From Sphingomonadales bacterium (GTDB lineage Bacteria > Pseudomonadota > Alphaproteobacteria > Sphingomonadales > Sphingomonadaceae): 39,732 nt of DNA. This document shows, piece by piece, positions 1-8,247 of this stretch (position 1 is its first letter; each line of letters starts with the position of its first letter). The DNA is taken from positions 1 through 39,732 of the forward strand of contig SXHP01000142.1 of NCBI GenBank assembly GCA_005773165.1, read 5' to 3'. The notes below the pieces were generated by a model. It had not been told where the DNA came from and did no database searches. It saw nothing but the letters and a program-made list of their open reading frames with translations. The position numbers were made by a program, and so were the translations under genes.

Positions 1-2
1 GC

Positions 3-623
3 GTGCTGTCGCTGCTCTGGGCGGCGCTGGAGGGGGAAGGCAGGCTCGCCAACCTCGTCACGTTTACGACGCCCGTCGATTTCAGCGCGATGGAAATGTT
101 CCAGGCGTGGTCGGACCGACGGTTCTTCGACGTCGACCGGCTCGTCGACACGTTCGGGAATTGTCCGGGCGAGTATCTGTACACCGCCTTCGACATGCTG
201 CGTCCCGGCGCGCGCGTGGCGGCGCAGGTGCGGCTGTACGACAAGATGGGGGACGACGAGGTCGGCCAGTCGTTCCGCATGTTCGACCGGTGGGCGAGCG
301 ACATAGTGCCGCTCGCCGGCGAGTATTTCCGCCAGACCACGCGGCAGCTCATGTGGGAGAACAGGCTTCTCCACGGCACGATGGAGGTCGGCGGGCGCGC
401 GGTCGACCTCCGCGACATCACCGCGCCGTTCCTCCATGTCGCCGCCGAGCACGACCACATCGTGCCCACCGCGGCTTCAGCGCCGCTGATTGGGATGATT
501 GGATCGAGCGACAAGGAGGAGGTGGTGCTGAAGGGCGGGCACGTCAGCCTGGTCGCGGGGGGCAACGCGATCCGGCGGCTGTGGCCGAAGCTCTCGCACT
601 GGCTAGGAACCCGCTCGACGTGA
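3..623 (+). CDS. phaC: PHA synthase, class III PhaC-type, C-terminal part (5' end lies outside the window)
   Basis: LVTFTTPVDF, LAGEYFRQ, AEHDHIVP (catalytic Asp) and GGHVSL (catalytic His) match the PhaC C-terminal half. The catalytic Cys box is upstream of the window. A phasin gene lies nearby. Confidence 0.8.
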   Translation: MLSLLWAALEGEGRLANLVTFTTPVDFSAMEMFQAWSDRRFFDVDRLVDTFGNCPGEYLYTAFDMLRPGARVAAQVRLYDKMGDDEVGQSFRMFDRWASDIVPLAGEYFRQTTRQLMWENRLLHGTMEVGGRAVDLRDITAPFLHVAAEHDHIVPTAASAPLIGMIGSSDKEEVVLKGGHVSLVAGGNAIRRLWPKLSHWLGTRST

Positions 624-633
624 AAGGGGCCAC

Positions 634-1170
634 ATGACGACGCACACCATTCGCGCCTTCGCACCCGCCGACAGCGAGGCGATGCTCGCCTTCGCCCAAG
701 GACTGCCCGAGCACGATCTGCTGTTTCTCGGCCGCGACCTCAGGCACCCGCGCGTGGTCTCAGCCTGGCTCGGGGCGATCGCGGAGGGGTGGATCGACAG
801 CGTGCTTGCGGAGGACGACGGGACGATCGTCGGCACGGCCGCGGTGGTGCGCGATCCGTTGGGCTGGAGCAGGCACGTCGGCGAAGTGCGGCTGCTAGTC
901 TCGGCGGAGCGGCGCGGCGCCGGATTGGGACGAGACCTGCTGGAGGCGGCGTTCGCGATCGCGGAGCAGCGGGGGCTGACCAAGCTGACCGCGCAGATGA
1001 CCCCCGACCAGACCGGCTCCATCGCGCTGTTCGAGAGCCTAGGGTTCCGGGCCGAGGCGTTGCTCAAGGATCAGCTGTGCGACCGCGGCGGCAGGCTCCA
1101 CGATCTCGCGATCCTCAGCCATGACGCGCGTTCCGCACGCGCGCGACGGGAGGCGCTGGGGCTGGAATGA
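634..1170 (+). CDS. GNAT-family N-acetyltransferase
   Basis: Acetyl-CoA motif A (VSAERRGAGLG) and C-terminal ALFESLGF. SD-like AAGGGG upstream, 10 nt after the phaC stop. Confidence 0.85.
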   Translation: MTTHTIRAFAPADSEAMLAFAQGLPEHDLLFLGRDLRHPRVVSAWLGAIAEGWIDSVLAEDDGTIVGTAAVVRDPLGWSRHVGEVRLLVSAERRGAGLGRDLLEAAFAIAEQRGLTKLTAQMTPDQTGSIALFESLGFRAEALLKDQLCDRGGRLHDLAILSHDARSARARREALGLE

Positions 1171-1175
1171 ACAAA

Positions 1176-1198
1176 ATGCTGCACTGAAGCATTATCAT
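1176..1198 (+). promoter_or_regulatory. PhaR-like operator (ATGCTGCACTGAAGCAT) next to a -10-like TATCAT
   Basis: Imperfect palindrome one mismatch from TGCTGCACTGCAGCA-type TGC-N3-GCA boxes, in an AT-rich intergenic gap of a PHA cluster. Confidence 0.5.
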
Positions 1199-1218
1199 GG
1201 GAAATCAGGAGTTTTTCG

Positions 1219-2016
1219 ATGGTCAGCGTTTCCGTGTCCCCTAACGCTCACGTGCCCCCGCCCTCCATGCTGCTCGCGCTCAGCGAATTGCCGCGCGCGG
1301 TCGCCGAGTTCGCCTCGCTGCCTCTCGCCTCGCCGCTGCTCGCTTCCGCACCGCGCGGCGACGGCCATCCGGTGCTCGTTCTCCCCGGCTTCGCCACCAG
1401 CGACGCATCGACCAAGGTCTTGCGCAAGTTCCTGACTCGGATGGGCTATGACGCGCACACCTGGGACCTAGGGCGCAACCTGGGCCACCGGGCGATCGGA
1501 CGCGAGGGTGAAAAGCTGGTCGCGCGCCTGCGCGCGATCCACGAGGCGACAGGGCAGAAGGTCAGCCTGGTGGGTTGGAGTTTGGGCGGAGTGATGGCGC
1601 GCCTCGTCGCGCACCGTGCGCCCGAGGCGGTGCGGCAGGTGATCTCGCTCGGCTCGCCGTTTGGGGGCAGCCCCAAGTCGACCAACGTATGGCGAGCCTA
1701 TGAATGGATGACGGGCGACAAGGTGGAGGATGCGCATACCGTTCGCCAATTGAACGACCATGCGGGTCCGCCTCCGGTCCCCTCGACCGCCATCTGGTCG
1801 CGCGGCGACGGCATCGTCGCGTGGCAGACCTGCAAGGAGCGCGAGGCGCCGACGACGGACAATATCGAGGTTCGCGGCAGCCATTGCGGGCTCGGCGTCA
1901 ACCCGGCGGTGCTCTACGCCGTCGCGGATCGGCTGGCGCAGCCGGACGATGGCTGGGCGCCGTTCAAGCGCGACGGGCTGAAGGCTTGGGTGTACCCGTC
2001 GGCGGGACATGCCTGA
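1219..2016 (+). CDS. alpha/beta-hydrolase (lipase/esterase-like)
   Basis: PVLVLPGF oxyanion motif, GWSLGG nucleophile elbow, DGIV (Asp), GSHCGLG (His). SD AGGAG upstream. Confidence 0.85.
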   Translation: MVSVSVSPNAHVPPPSMLLALSELPRAVAEFASLPLASPLLASAPRGDGHPVLVLPGFATSDASTKVLRKFLTRMGYDAHTWDLGRNLGHRAIGREGEKLVARLRAIHEATGQKVSLVGWSLGGVMARLVAHRAPEAVRQVISLGSPFGGSPKSTNVWRAYEWMTGDKVEDAHTVRQLNDHAGPPPVPSTAIWSRGDGIVAWQTCKEREAPTTDNIEVRGSHCGLGVNPAVLYAVADRLAQPDDGWAPFKRDGLKAWVYPSAGHA

Positions 2017-2098
2017 GGAGGGTGTGGAGCGGTCGCGCCGGGATCGGGCGAACAGCGGCGACTTCCGCGATTGATGACCGGGTTTGCGACGGGTGAGA

Positions 2099-2800
2099 AT
2101 GGCTGCGATCCGCAACATCGTAATCCTCACCGGCGCGGGTATCTCGGCCGAGTCCGGAATCGCGACGTTCCGCGGGCCGGGCGGACTGTGGGAGGGACAC
2201 CGGGTCGAGGACGTCTGCACGCCCGAGGCGCTCGCGGCGGATGCGGAGCTGGTGCACCGCTTCTATGATGCACGACGAGCGGCCCTAGCGACGGTCGCGC
2301 CCAATGCGGCGCATCGCGCGCTGGCGAAGCTCGATGCGGAGTGGCCGGACGAGCTGCTGGTGGTGACCCAGAACGTCGACGACCTACACGAGCGCGCCGG
2401 AACGGAGCGGGTGCTCCACATGCACGGCGAGCTGCTGTCGGCGCTATGTGCGGCGTGCGGGGAGCGCGTGAGCTGGGCCGATCCGCTGCCGCCTGGATCG
2501 GCATGCGCGTCATGCGGCGCGGCGGCGCTCCGGCCCGACATCGTGTTCTTCGGTGAGATGCCGTACGGTATGGACGCGATCGAGGCGGCGATCGCGCGGG
2601 CCGATCTGTTCGTGTCGATCGGCACGTCGGGGGCGGTGTATCCGGCGGCGGGGTTCGTGCGGACGGCCAAGGCGTATGGCGCGGCGACGCTCGAGATCAA
2701 TCTGGAGCGTTCCGCGGGAAGCGGGTGGTTCGATGAGAGCCGGTTCGGGTTGGCGGGGGCGTTGGTGCCGGAGTGGGTGGAGGAGGTTCTGAGCCGATAA
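2099..2800 (+). CDS. cobB: NAD-dependent protein deacylase (class III sirtuin)
   Basis: TGAGISAESGIATFR, TQNVDDLHERAG, HMHG, CAAC/CASC Zn ribbon, RPDIVFFGE, GTSGAVYPAA, and FYDAR (Tyr/Arg desuccinylase pair). ATG at 2099 is preferred over TTG at 2084. Confidence 0.93.
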   Translation: MAAIRNIVILTGAGISAESGIATFRGPGGLWEGHRVEDVCTPEALAADAELVHRFYDARRAALATVAPNAAHRALAKLDAEWPDELLVVTQNVDDLHERAGTERVLHMHGELLSALCAACGERVSWADPLPPGSACASCGAAALRPDIVFFGEMPYGMDAIEAAIARADLFVSIGTSGAVYPAAGFVRTAKAYGAATLEINLERSAGSGWFDESRFGLAGALVPEWVEEVLSR

Positions 2801-2805
2801 GCGTG

Positions 2806-2914
2806 CGTCACCTGGGCCTTGTGCCGGGGTCCGGCGTGCGGCGAGCAATGCGCTCCGAGGCGCAAAGGGCGTTGTGCGTGGAACCCTGGACCCCGGCACA
2901 AGGCCGGGGTGACG
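2806..2914. repeat. REP/BIME-like long inverted repeat between convergent genes
   Basis: CGTCACCTGGGCCTTGTGCCGGGGTCC ... GGACCCCGGCACAAGGCCGGGGTGACG. The two ~27-nt arms are near-perfect reverse complements and each is itself palindromic, resembling sphingomonad REPs. Confidence 0.8.
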
Positions 2915-2933
2915 AGGTATACCGGGCTGGCGC

Positions 2934-3398
2934 TTACCCCTGCCCTTCGCCTCCCTGCCCGCCCGGGCGCAGCGGCGCGACCGCGTCGCGGCCGAACTGC
3001 ATGATCAGCTCGCCGATCTCGCGGGCCTGGGACATCGAGCGGGTCGATTGTTCGCGTAAGTAGTCGCCCTGAATGCGCATCACCTCCGACAGGTCCTTGG
3101 CCGAGGCGGCTTCGCGCATCGCGTTGAACGCCTCGCGCGCGTTCTGTTCGGCCTGGTCGATCATCTTGACCCCGATCGTCGAGCCGCCCTCCGCCATCTT
3201 CTGGCCCGAGGCCTTCATCGCCTCGCCCGCACGCTGCGCGGGTTCGACCACCTTGTTCTGGAACGTGTCGCGCGCCTGCTGAGCCCCTGCCCGCATCTTG
3301 TCGGCGGCGTCCTTGGCGGCGTTGGCCGCGCGGTCGGTCGCGGACTTGGTCGCGTTGGCGGCCTGGTCGATCCCGTTGTTCTCGTCGGCCATATTCAT
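2934..3398 (-). CDS. Phasin-family granule-associated protein with N-terminal 11-mer repeats
   Basis: Ala/Gln-rich helical protein with the Phasin_2-like segment AKDLSEVMRIQGDYLREQ. SD AAGGAG. ATGA overlap with the WS/DGAT stop. Confidence 0.8.
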   Translation of the reverse strand: MNMADENNGIDQAANATKSATDRAANAAKDAADKMRAGAQQARDTFQNKVVEPAQRAGEAMKASGQKMAEGGSTIGVKMIDQAEQNAREAFNAMREAASAKDLSEVMRIQGDYLREQSTRSMSQAREIGELIMQFGRDAVAPLRPGGQGGEGQG

Positions 3399-4894
3399 GC
3401 TCCTTGCTTGCTGCGGCGTGCCCTCGCCTTGTCGGCGGGCTTGTTGTCGTTCCCCTCAACCGGCGGCGCGGACGTTGGTTTCACCGCAGCCGCCTTCATC
3501 GCCTCGAACGTCGCGCGCAAGGCCGCCGCATAGGCTTCGGGATCGGGCATCATCGCGCGGTCGCAGGTGAAGGAGATCGCGAGGGTGTCGCCGTAGCTGT
3601 AGACCGGGTTGATCAACCCCATGCCGTCGAACACCGGCCCGGTGCCGTACATCGCGACCATCTCCGCGCCCGCGAAATACAGCGGCACGCGGCTGCCCGG
3701 CACGTTGGTGACGACGCAATTGAAGACGGGCGCGTGCGCGTTCGCTGCGCCGACGCGCGTGTAGAGCCGAGCGGCGAGGCCGGCCAGCGCAGAGGGCATG
3801 AGCTGCGAATAATCGGCAAGGTTCTTGGCGCCGACCGCGTTGGTCATCGCCTTGGAGTTCATCGCCTCGTCGTGGACGAAGCGCAGCCGTTCGATCGGGT
3901 CCTCGATGTGCGTGCCGAGCCCGACGACCATGGCGGACACGAGATTGCCCAGCGCGGCCTTCTCGCCCTCGCCGCGCACCGAGATCGGGGCCATGGCGGT
4001 CATCGCGTCTTTGGGCAGCTCGCCCTTGTCCTTAAGGTACGTGCGCAGGCCGCCGCCGACGATCGCGAGGACGACGTCGTTGACGGTCGCGCCCGGCACA
4101 TGATCCTTGATCGCGCGGATGTCGGCGAGCTTGAAGGGAACGGCGTCGAACACGCGGTGGCCGGATACCTTGGTGTTGAAGCGGGTCTTGGGCGCGGGGC
4201 GGGCGTTGCGAACGCTGACGTCGCCCTTGACCGCCTGGGTCCCGAGCTTTGCGAGCCCGGGGAGCGAGCGGCCGATCGTCTCCACCACGCGCATCGGCTG
4301 AACGAGATTGTTGACGTAGGAGCGCGCGAGCAGATCGGCGACCGCGGGCATGTTCTCCGGCCGCCAATCGTCCTGCCGGTCGGGGGGCGTCATCGAGGCG
4401 TCGAGATCATGGACCGCCGCGGACATCTCGACCCCCGACATGCCGTCGATCGCGGCATGGTGGACCTTGGAGACGAGCGCGAAACAGCCGGGGGGCAGCC
4501 CTTCGACGTTGTCGAGACCCTCGACGATGGTGAACTCCCAGAGCGGCTTGGTCAGGTCCATCGGCCGGGCGTGGAGCCGCGCGACCTGAATGCAGAGCTG
4601 CCGCCAGTCGCCGGGCTTGGGCAACGCGATGTGGCGGACGTGGAACTCGATGTCGAATTCCGGATCCTCGATCCAATAGGGATGGTCTAGGTCGAACGGC
4701 ACGCGGACGAGCCGCTGACGGAACGAACGCGCGCCAGACAGGCGGCTCTCGATGAACTGCAGAATATCCTTGAAGCGGACGAACCCGCCGGGCGCGGTCG
4801 ACGGATCGTAGATGCCCACCGAGCCGATGTGCATCGGCGTGTGCGGCGTCTCGAGATAGACGAACGACGCGTCCTGCGCGGACAATTGCTGCAT
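3395..4894 (-). CDS. Wax ester synthase / diacylglycerol acyltransferase (WS/DGAT)
   Basis: N-terminal LSAQDASFVYLETPHTPMHIG, catalytic HHAAIDG (HHxxxDG), ATVNDVVLA, TNVPG. Confidence 0.93.
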   Translation of the reverse strand: MQQLSAQDASFVYLETPHTPMHIGSVGIYDPSTAPGGFVRFKDILQFIESRLSGARSFRQRLVRVPFDLDHPYWIEDPEFDIEFHVRHIALPKPGDWRQLCIQVARLHARPMDLTKPLWEFTIVEGLDNVEGLPPGCFALVSKVHHAAIDGMSGVEMSAAVHDLDASMTPPDRQDDWRPENMPAVADLLARSYVNNLVQPMRVVETIGRSLPGLAKLGTQAVKGDVSVRNARPAPKTRFNTKVSGHRVFDAVPFKLADIRAIKDHVPGATVNDVVLAIVGGGLRTYLKDKGELPKDAMTAMAPISVRGEGEKAALGNLVSAMVVGLGTHIEDPIERLRFVHDEAMNSKAMTNAVGAKNLADYSQLMPSALAGLAARLYTRVGAANAHAPVFNCVVTNVPGSRVPLYFAGAEMVAMYGTGPVFDGMGLINPVYSYGDTLAISFTCDRAMMPDPEAYAAALRATFEAMKAAAVKPTSAPPVEGNDNKPADKARARRSKQGA

Positions 4895-4961
4895 GAGCCT
4901 CTCCTGCTGCGCCGTTGCGCCTAGCTCATGTTGAACCGGACCGGCTGAAGGAGCAAGCCGT

Positions 4962-7900
4962 TCACTTGCCGAAGCCGAACACGTCCTGGTGGAAGCGGCC
5001 GTCTTCGATCAGCGTGTTGAGCCACTCCGACCCCTGAGCGTGCTCGTCGCCGGCCTGCTGCATCTGGATGCGGATCAGGGTGTCGCGAACGGCGGGGGCC
5101 ATGTGCTTGCCGTCGCCGCAGAGAAACACGCTCGCGCCCGCCTGCAGCGCCGCCCAGACGCGCTCCTGCTCGGCCCAGAGCGCGTCCTGGACGAAGCGCC
5201 AGGGGTGCGATGGAACGGCGGAGAAGGCGAGGTGCAGTTCCGCTACGCCTTCCGCCTGCCAGCCCTCCATGTCCTCGCGGCAGATCCAGTCGTGATCGGG
5301 ATGGCGACAGCCGAAGAAGAGGAGCGAGCGGGCGACGTCCTGCCCCTGCGCTTTCTGGCGCGAGCGTTCCTGGAGAAAGCCGCGCAAGGGCGCGAAGCCG
5401 GTGCCGGGCCCGATCAGGATCATCGGGACACTCGGGTCCTCAGGCGGAGCGAAGGGCGGGTTGGGACGGCGGACATAGCCGAACACCTGCGCGCCGGGTT
5501 CGACCGACGCCATGTAGCCGCTGGCGAAGCCGCGGTGCTCGCCAAGGCCTGACCAGGCGGGGGCGGCCATGGTGCCGACGATGAGGTCGGCGGTCTCGGG
5601 CGCGACGAGCGGGCTGGAGGCGATCGAGTAGAAGCGAGGCGCGATGGGGGCGGACAGTTCGACCAGCGCGTCGACGGTGATCTCGGCGGCGGGGTGCGTG
5701 TCGAGCAGATCGAGGAGCGTCGTGCGCTTGGCGACGAGCGCCTCGTAAGTCGCGTCGTCGATCGACTCGAGCTTGCGCCGAGTGTCGGGACAGCGGGTCT
5801 GCGCGGCGATCGCGGTGATCGCACGGCGCGACACCGGGTCGGACAGCTCGACAAAGTCGGCGAGAAGCTGCGCCACGGTGAGGGTGCGGCCGGTCGGCAG
5901 ATGGCGGAAGCGGCCCCCCTGCCCATCGACCCGGACCAACGCCGCGCCGTCGACGTCGAGGCGGGCGAGCGCGCGGTCGACCAGGTCCGGGCGATTGCGC
6001 GCGTAGACCGCGATATGGTCGCCGGTATGGTAGCGCTGCCCCTCGGGCAGGCGGACGCGGATCAGCCGGGTCGACGGACGGGGGGGCTCCAGCGCGAAGT
6101 CCCACAGACCGTCGGCGGGCTTCACAAGCTCGTCGTTGGCGATGATCTCCAGCCGCTGCGCGTGCGCGGGGAGCGCGGCGGCGCGGGTTTCGGCGGCGCT
6201 GACGGGCACCAGGCTGAGGGTCGCCTGTGGTTCAGCGGGCGCGGCTTCGCTGCCCAGCGCGCCCCACAGGCTGCGCACGAATCCTGCGACCACGCCGTCG
6301 AAGTCACCCTGCGCGTCGGCTTCGGCGCGGGGCACGAGGCGGGCGCCCCCCGCCTTCTCGATCGTGTCGTCGATACGCTTGGGGAAATGCTGGTAGTTCG
6401 GCCATTGGCTGTTGCCGATGCCGAGCACCGCATAGCGCGCGCCGCTCCAGTCCGCATCGTCGAACAGCCCAGCGTCAAGCGCGCGCTCGACCTCGACCGC
6501 GGTGTCGGGGGCGCGGCCGTTGTAGGTCGCGGTGACGATGACGACGACCTTGTCCTGCGGCTTGGCCCCGCCCTTGAAGCTCTCGTCGAGCGAGCGGACG
6601 ACGACGTCGAAACCGTCGACGCGGGCGCGCTCGGCGATCTCCTCGGCGATGTCGCGGGCGGTGCCGAGCGAGGAGCCATAGAGCACCGCGAACGTCTGTC
6701 CGGTGCCCGCGACCGAGCCGACAGGGGCGTCCTGCACCGCCTCCTCCACCGGCGCGGCCGCGATCCGCTCGTGCAGCTGGCGCAGGCGGATGCGCATGTA
6801 GAACTCGTCGGGCTTGATCGACAGCGTCTCCTTGATGCGGAGCCGGTAATTGTGCGGGTCGCTGATCGCGAAGGAGCGCAGCATCATCGCCATCGCGATC
6901 TTGGCCTCGACCATCGCGAACTGGCGGCCGATGCACGCGCGCTCGCCGTTGCCGAAGGGCTTGTAGGCGTGGGGATGCCGCGCGGCCTCCGCCTCGGGCA
7001 ACCAGCGGTCGATGTCGAACTCCTCCGGATCGTCCCATGCCGCGCCGCTGCGGTGGAGGCCGGGGGTGAAGACATTGACCGGGCGGTCCTTGCGCATGAC
7101 GTACTTGCCGCCGATCACTTCGTCCTCGAACGGCGCCAGGCTGAACGACGGCGCGGTCGGCCACAGGCGAAGCGCTTCCTTGAGGATGCGCTCGATCAAC
7201 TCCAGCTTCGCCACTTGCGCGTAATCGGGGCGGGTGTCGCCCGGGAGAACGCGGTCGACCTCGGCATAGGCCTGCGCGAGGACATGCGGGTGGCGGAGCA
7301 GGTGATGAAAGGCGAAGGTGAGCATGCCCGACGTCGTCTCGTGCCCGGCAATCAGGAAGGTCAGCACCTGATAGCGGATGTTGAGGTCGTCGAGGCGCTC
7401 GCCCGTGTCCGGATCGACCGCGGTCAGCATCAGGTTGAGCAGGTCGCGGCCGTCCGTGGGGTTCACACGGCGATCGGCGATGATGCCGTCCACGAGCGTG
7501 TTCATCTCGGCGATGTCGGCGTCGAACTGCGCCTCCGCGCGCTTGGCGAAGGGCTTCTGGAACGACATGCGGGTCAGCTTCGCCAAGGACTCGCCGAGCG
7601 CACGGCCGAGCGCGACCAGGAAGCTGTCGAGCTCCTCGCGTTCGAAGCTGTCGAACCGGTGTCCGAACCCGGTGATGGCGATCGAATCGAGCGTGAGCCG
7701 GGTCATGTCGTCGGCGACAAGCACGTCGGTGCCGCTCGCCCGGGTCCATTTGGCGACCAGCGCGTCGCAGACCTCGACGATCAGGTCGAAATAGCCGCGC
7801 ATCGCGCGATTGCTGAACGCGGGGAGCAGAATGCGGTGCGCCTTGCCACAGTTCGGCTCGTCGCTGAACGCGGTGAACAGACCGTCGCCCGCGAACTTGC

Positions 7901-8156
7901 GGACGACGCGCAGGCCGGGCCCGGGCATCTTGCGGAAGCGGGTCTCATCGCACAGCTCGGCGACAAGATCAGGATGCGTCACGAACAGCGACACGCGGCT
8001 GCCGAACCGGAGCTTGAAGATGCCGTCGGGATATTGGCGGCTGACCGCGAGCAGATGTCCGACCAGCCCCGCACGGGCGATCTGGTGAAGGTGGCCGACG
8101 ACGGGGAGCCCCGGTGGGGCGGGAACGCTGTGCCGCTCGGCTGCCGCTGTCGCCAT
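4962..8156 (-). CDS. Self-sufficient cytochrome P450 / diflavin reductase fusion (CYP102/BM3-like)
   Basis: AGDGLFT, AGHETT, EALR, heme motif FGNGERACIG, FMN-binding YGSSLGTA and TATYNG, RFYSIASSP, GPGTGFAPLRGF, FFGCR, CGDG. Confidence 0.95.
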   Translation of the reverse strand: MATAAAERHSVPAPPGLPVVGHLHQIARAGLVGHLLAVSRQYPDGIFKLRFGSRVSLFVTHPDLVAELCDETRFRKMPGPGLRVVRKFAGDGLFTAFSDEPNCGKAHRILLPAFSNRAMRGYFDLIVEVCDALVAKWTRASGTDVLVADDMTRLTLDSIAITGFGHRFDSFEREELDSFLVALGRALGESLAKLTRMSFQKPFAKRAEAQFDADIAEMNTLVDGIIADRRVNPTDGRDLLNLMLTAVDPDTGERLDDLNIRYQVLTFLIAGHETTSGMLTFAFHHLLRHPHVLAQAYAEVDRVLPGDTRPDYAQVAKLELIERILKEALRLWPTAPSFSLAPFEDEVIGGKYVMRKDRPVNVFTPGLHRSGAAWDDPEEFDIDRWLPEAEAARHPHAYKPFGNGERACIGRQFAMVEAKIAMAMMLRSFAISDPHNYRLRIKETLSIKPDEFYMRIRLRQLHERIAAAPVEEAVQDAPVGSVAGTGQTFAVLYGSSLGTARDIAEEIAERARVDGFDVVVRSLDESFKGGAKPQDKVVVIVTATYNGRAPDTAVEVERALDAGLFDDADWSGARYAVLGIGNSQWPNYQHFPKRIDDTIEKAGGARLVPRAEADAQGDFDGVVAGFVRSLWGALGSEAAPAEPQATLSLVPVSAAETRAAALPAHAQRLEIIANDELVKPADGLWDFALEPPRPSTRLIRVRLPEGQRYHTGDHIAVYARNRPDLVDRALARLDVDGAALVRVDGQGGRFRHLPTGRTLTVAQLLADFVELSDPVSRRAITAIAAQTRCPDTRRKLESIDDATYEALVAKRTTLLDLLDTHPAAEITVDALVELSAPIAPRFYSIASSPLVAPETADLIVGTMAAPAWSGLGEHRGFASGYMASVEPGAQVFGYVRRPNPPFAPPEDPSVPMILIGPGTGFAPLRGFLQERSRQKAQGQDVARSLLFFGCRHPDHDWICREDMEGWQAEGVAELHLAFSAVPSHPWRFVQDALWAEQERVWAALQAGASVFLCGDGKHMAPAVRDTLIRIQMQQAGDEHAQGSEWLNTLIEDGRFHQDVFGFGK

Positions 8157-8206
8157 AGGTCGTACTCTCCCGTGTCGGCGTCACCACACCATAGCGGCGG
8201 CGGGGA

Positions 8207-8215
8207 TGCAATGCA
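8207..8215. promoter_or_regulatory. PhaR-like core box TGCAATGCA upstream of the P450
   Basis: TGC-N3-GCA palindrome about 50 nt upstream of the P450 ATG, in the -35 region of a minus-strand TATGGT -10-like element. Confidence 0.4.
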
Positions 8216-8223
8216 GGGAAGCG

Positions 8224-8247
8224 CTCCTCCCTCGGGAGGCGGAGGAG
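8224..8247 (-). terminator. Stem-loop directly after the GH3 stop
   Basis: CTCCTCC...GGAGGAG inverted repeat, with only a weak U-tract. Confidence 0.4.
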
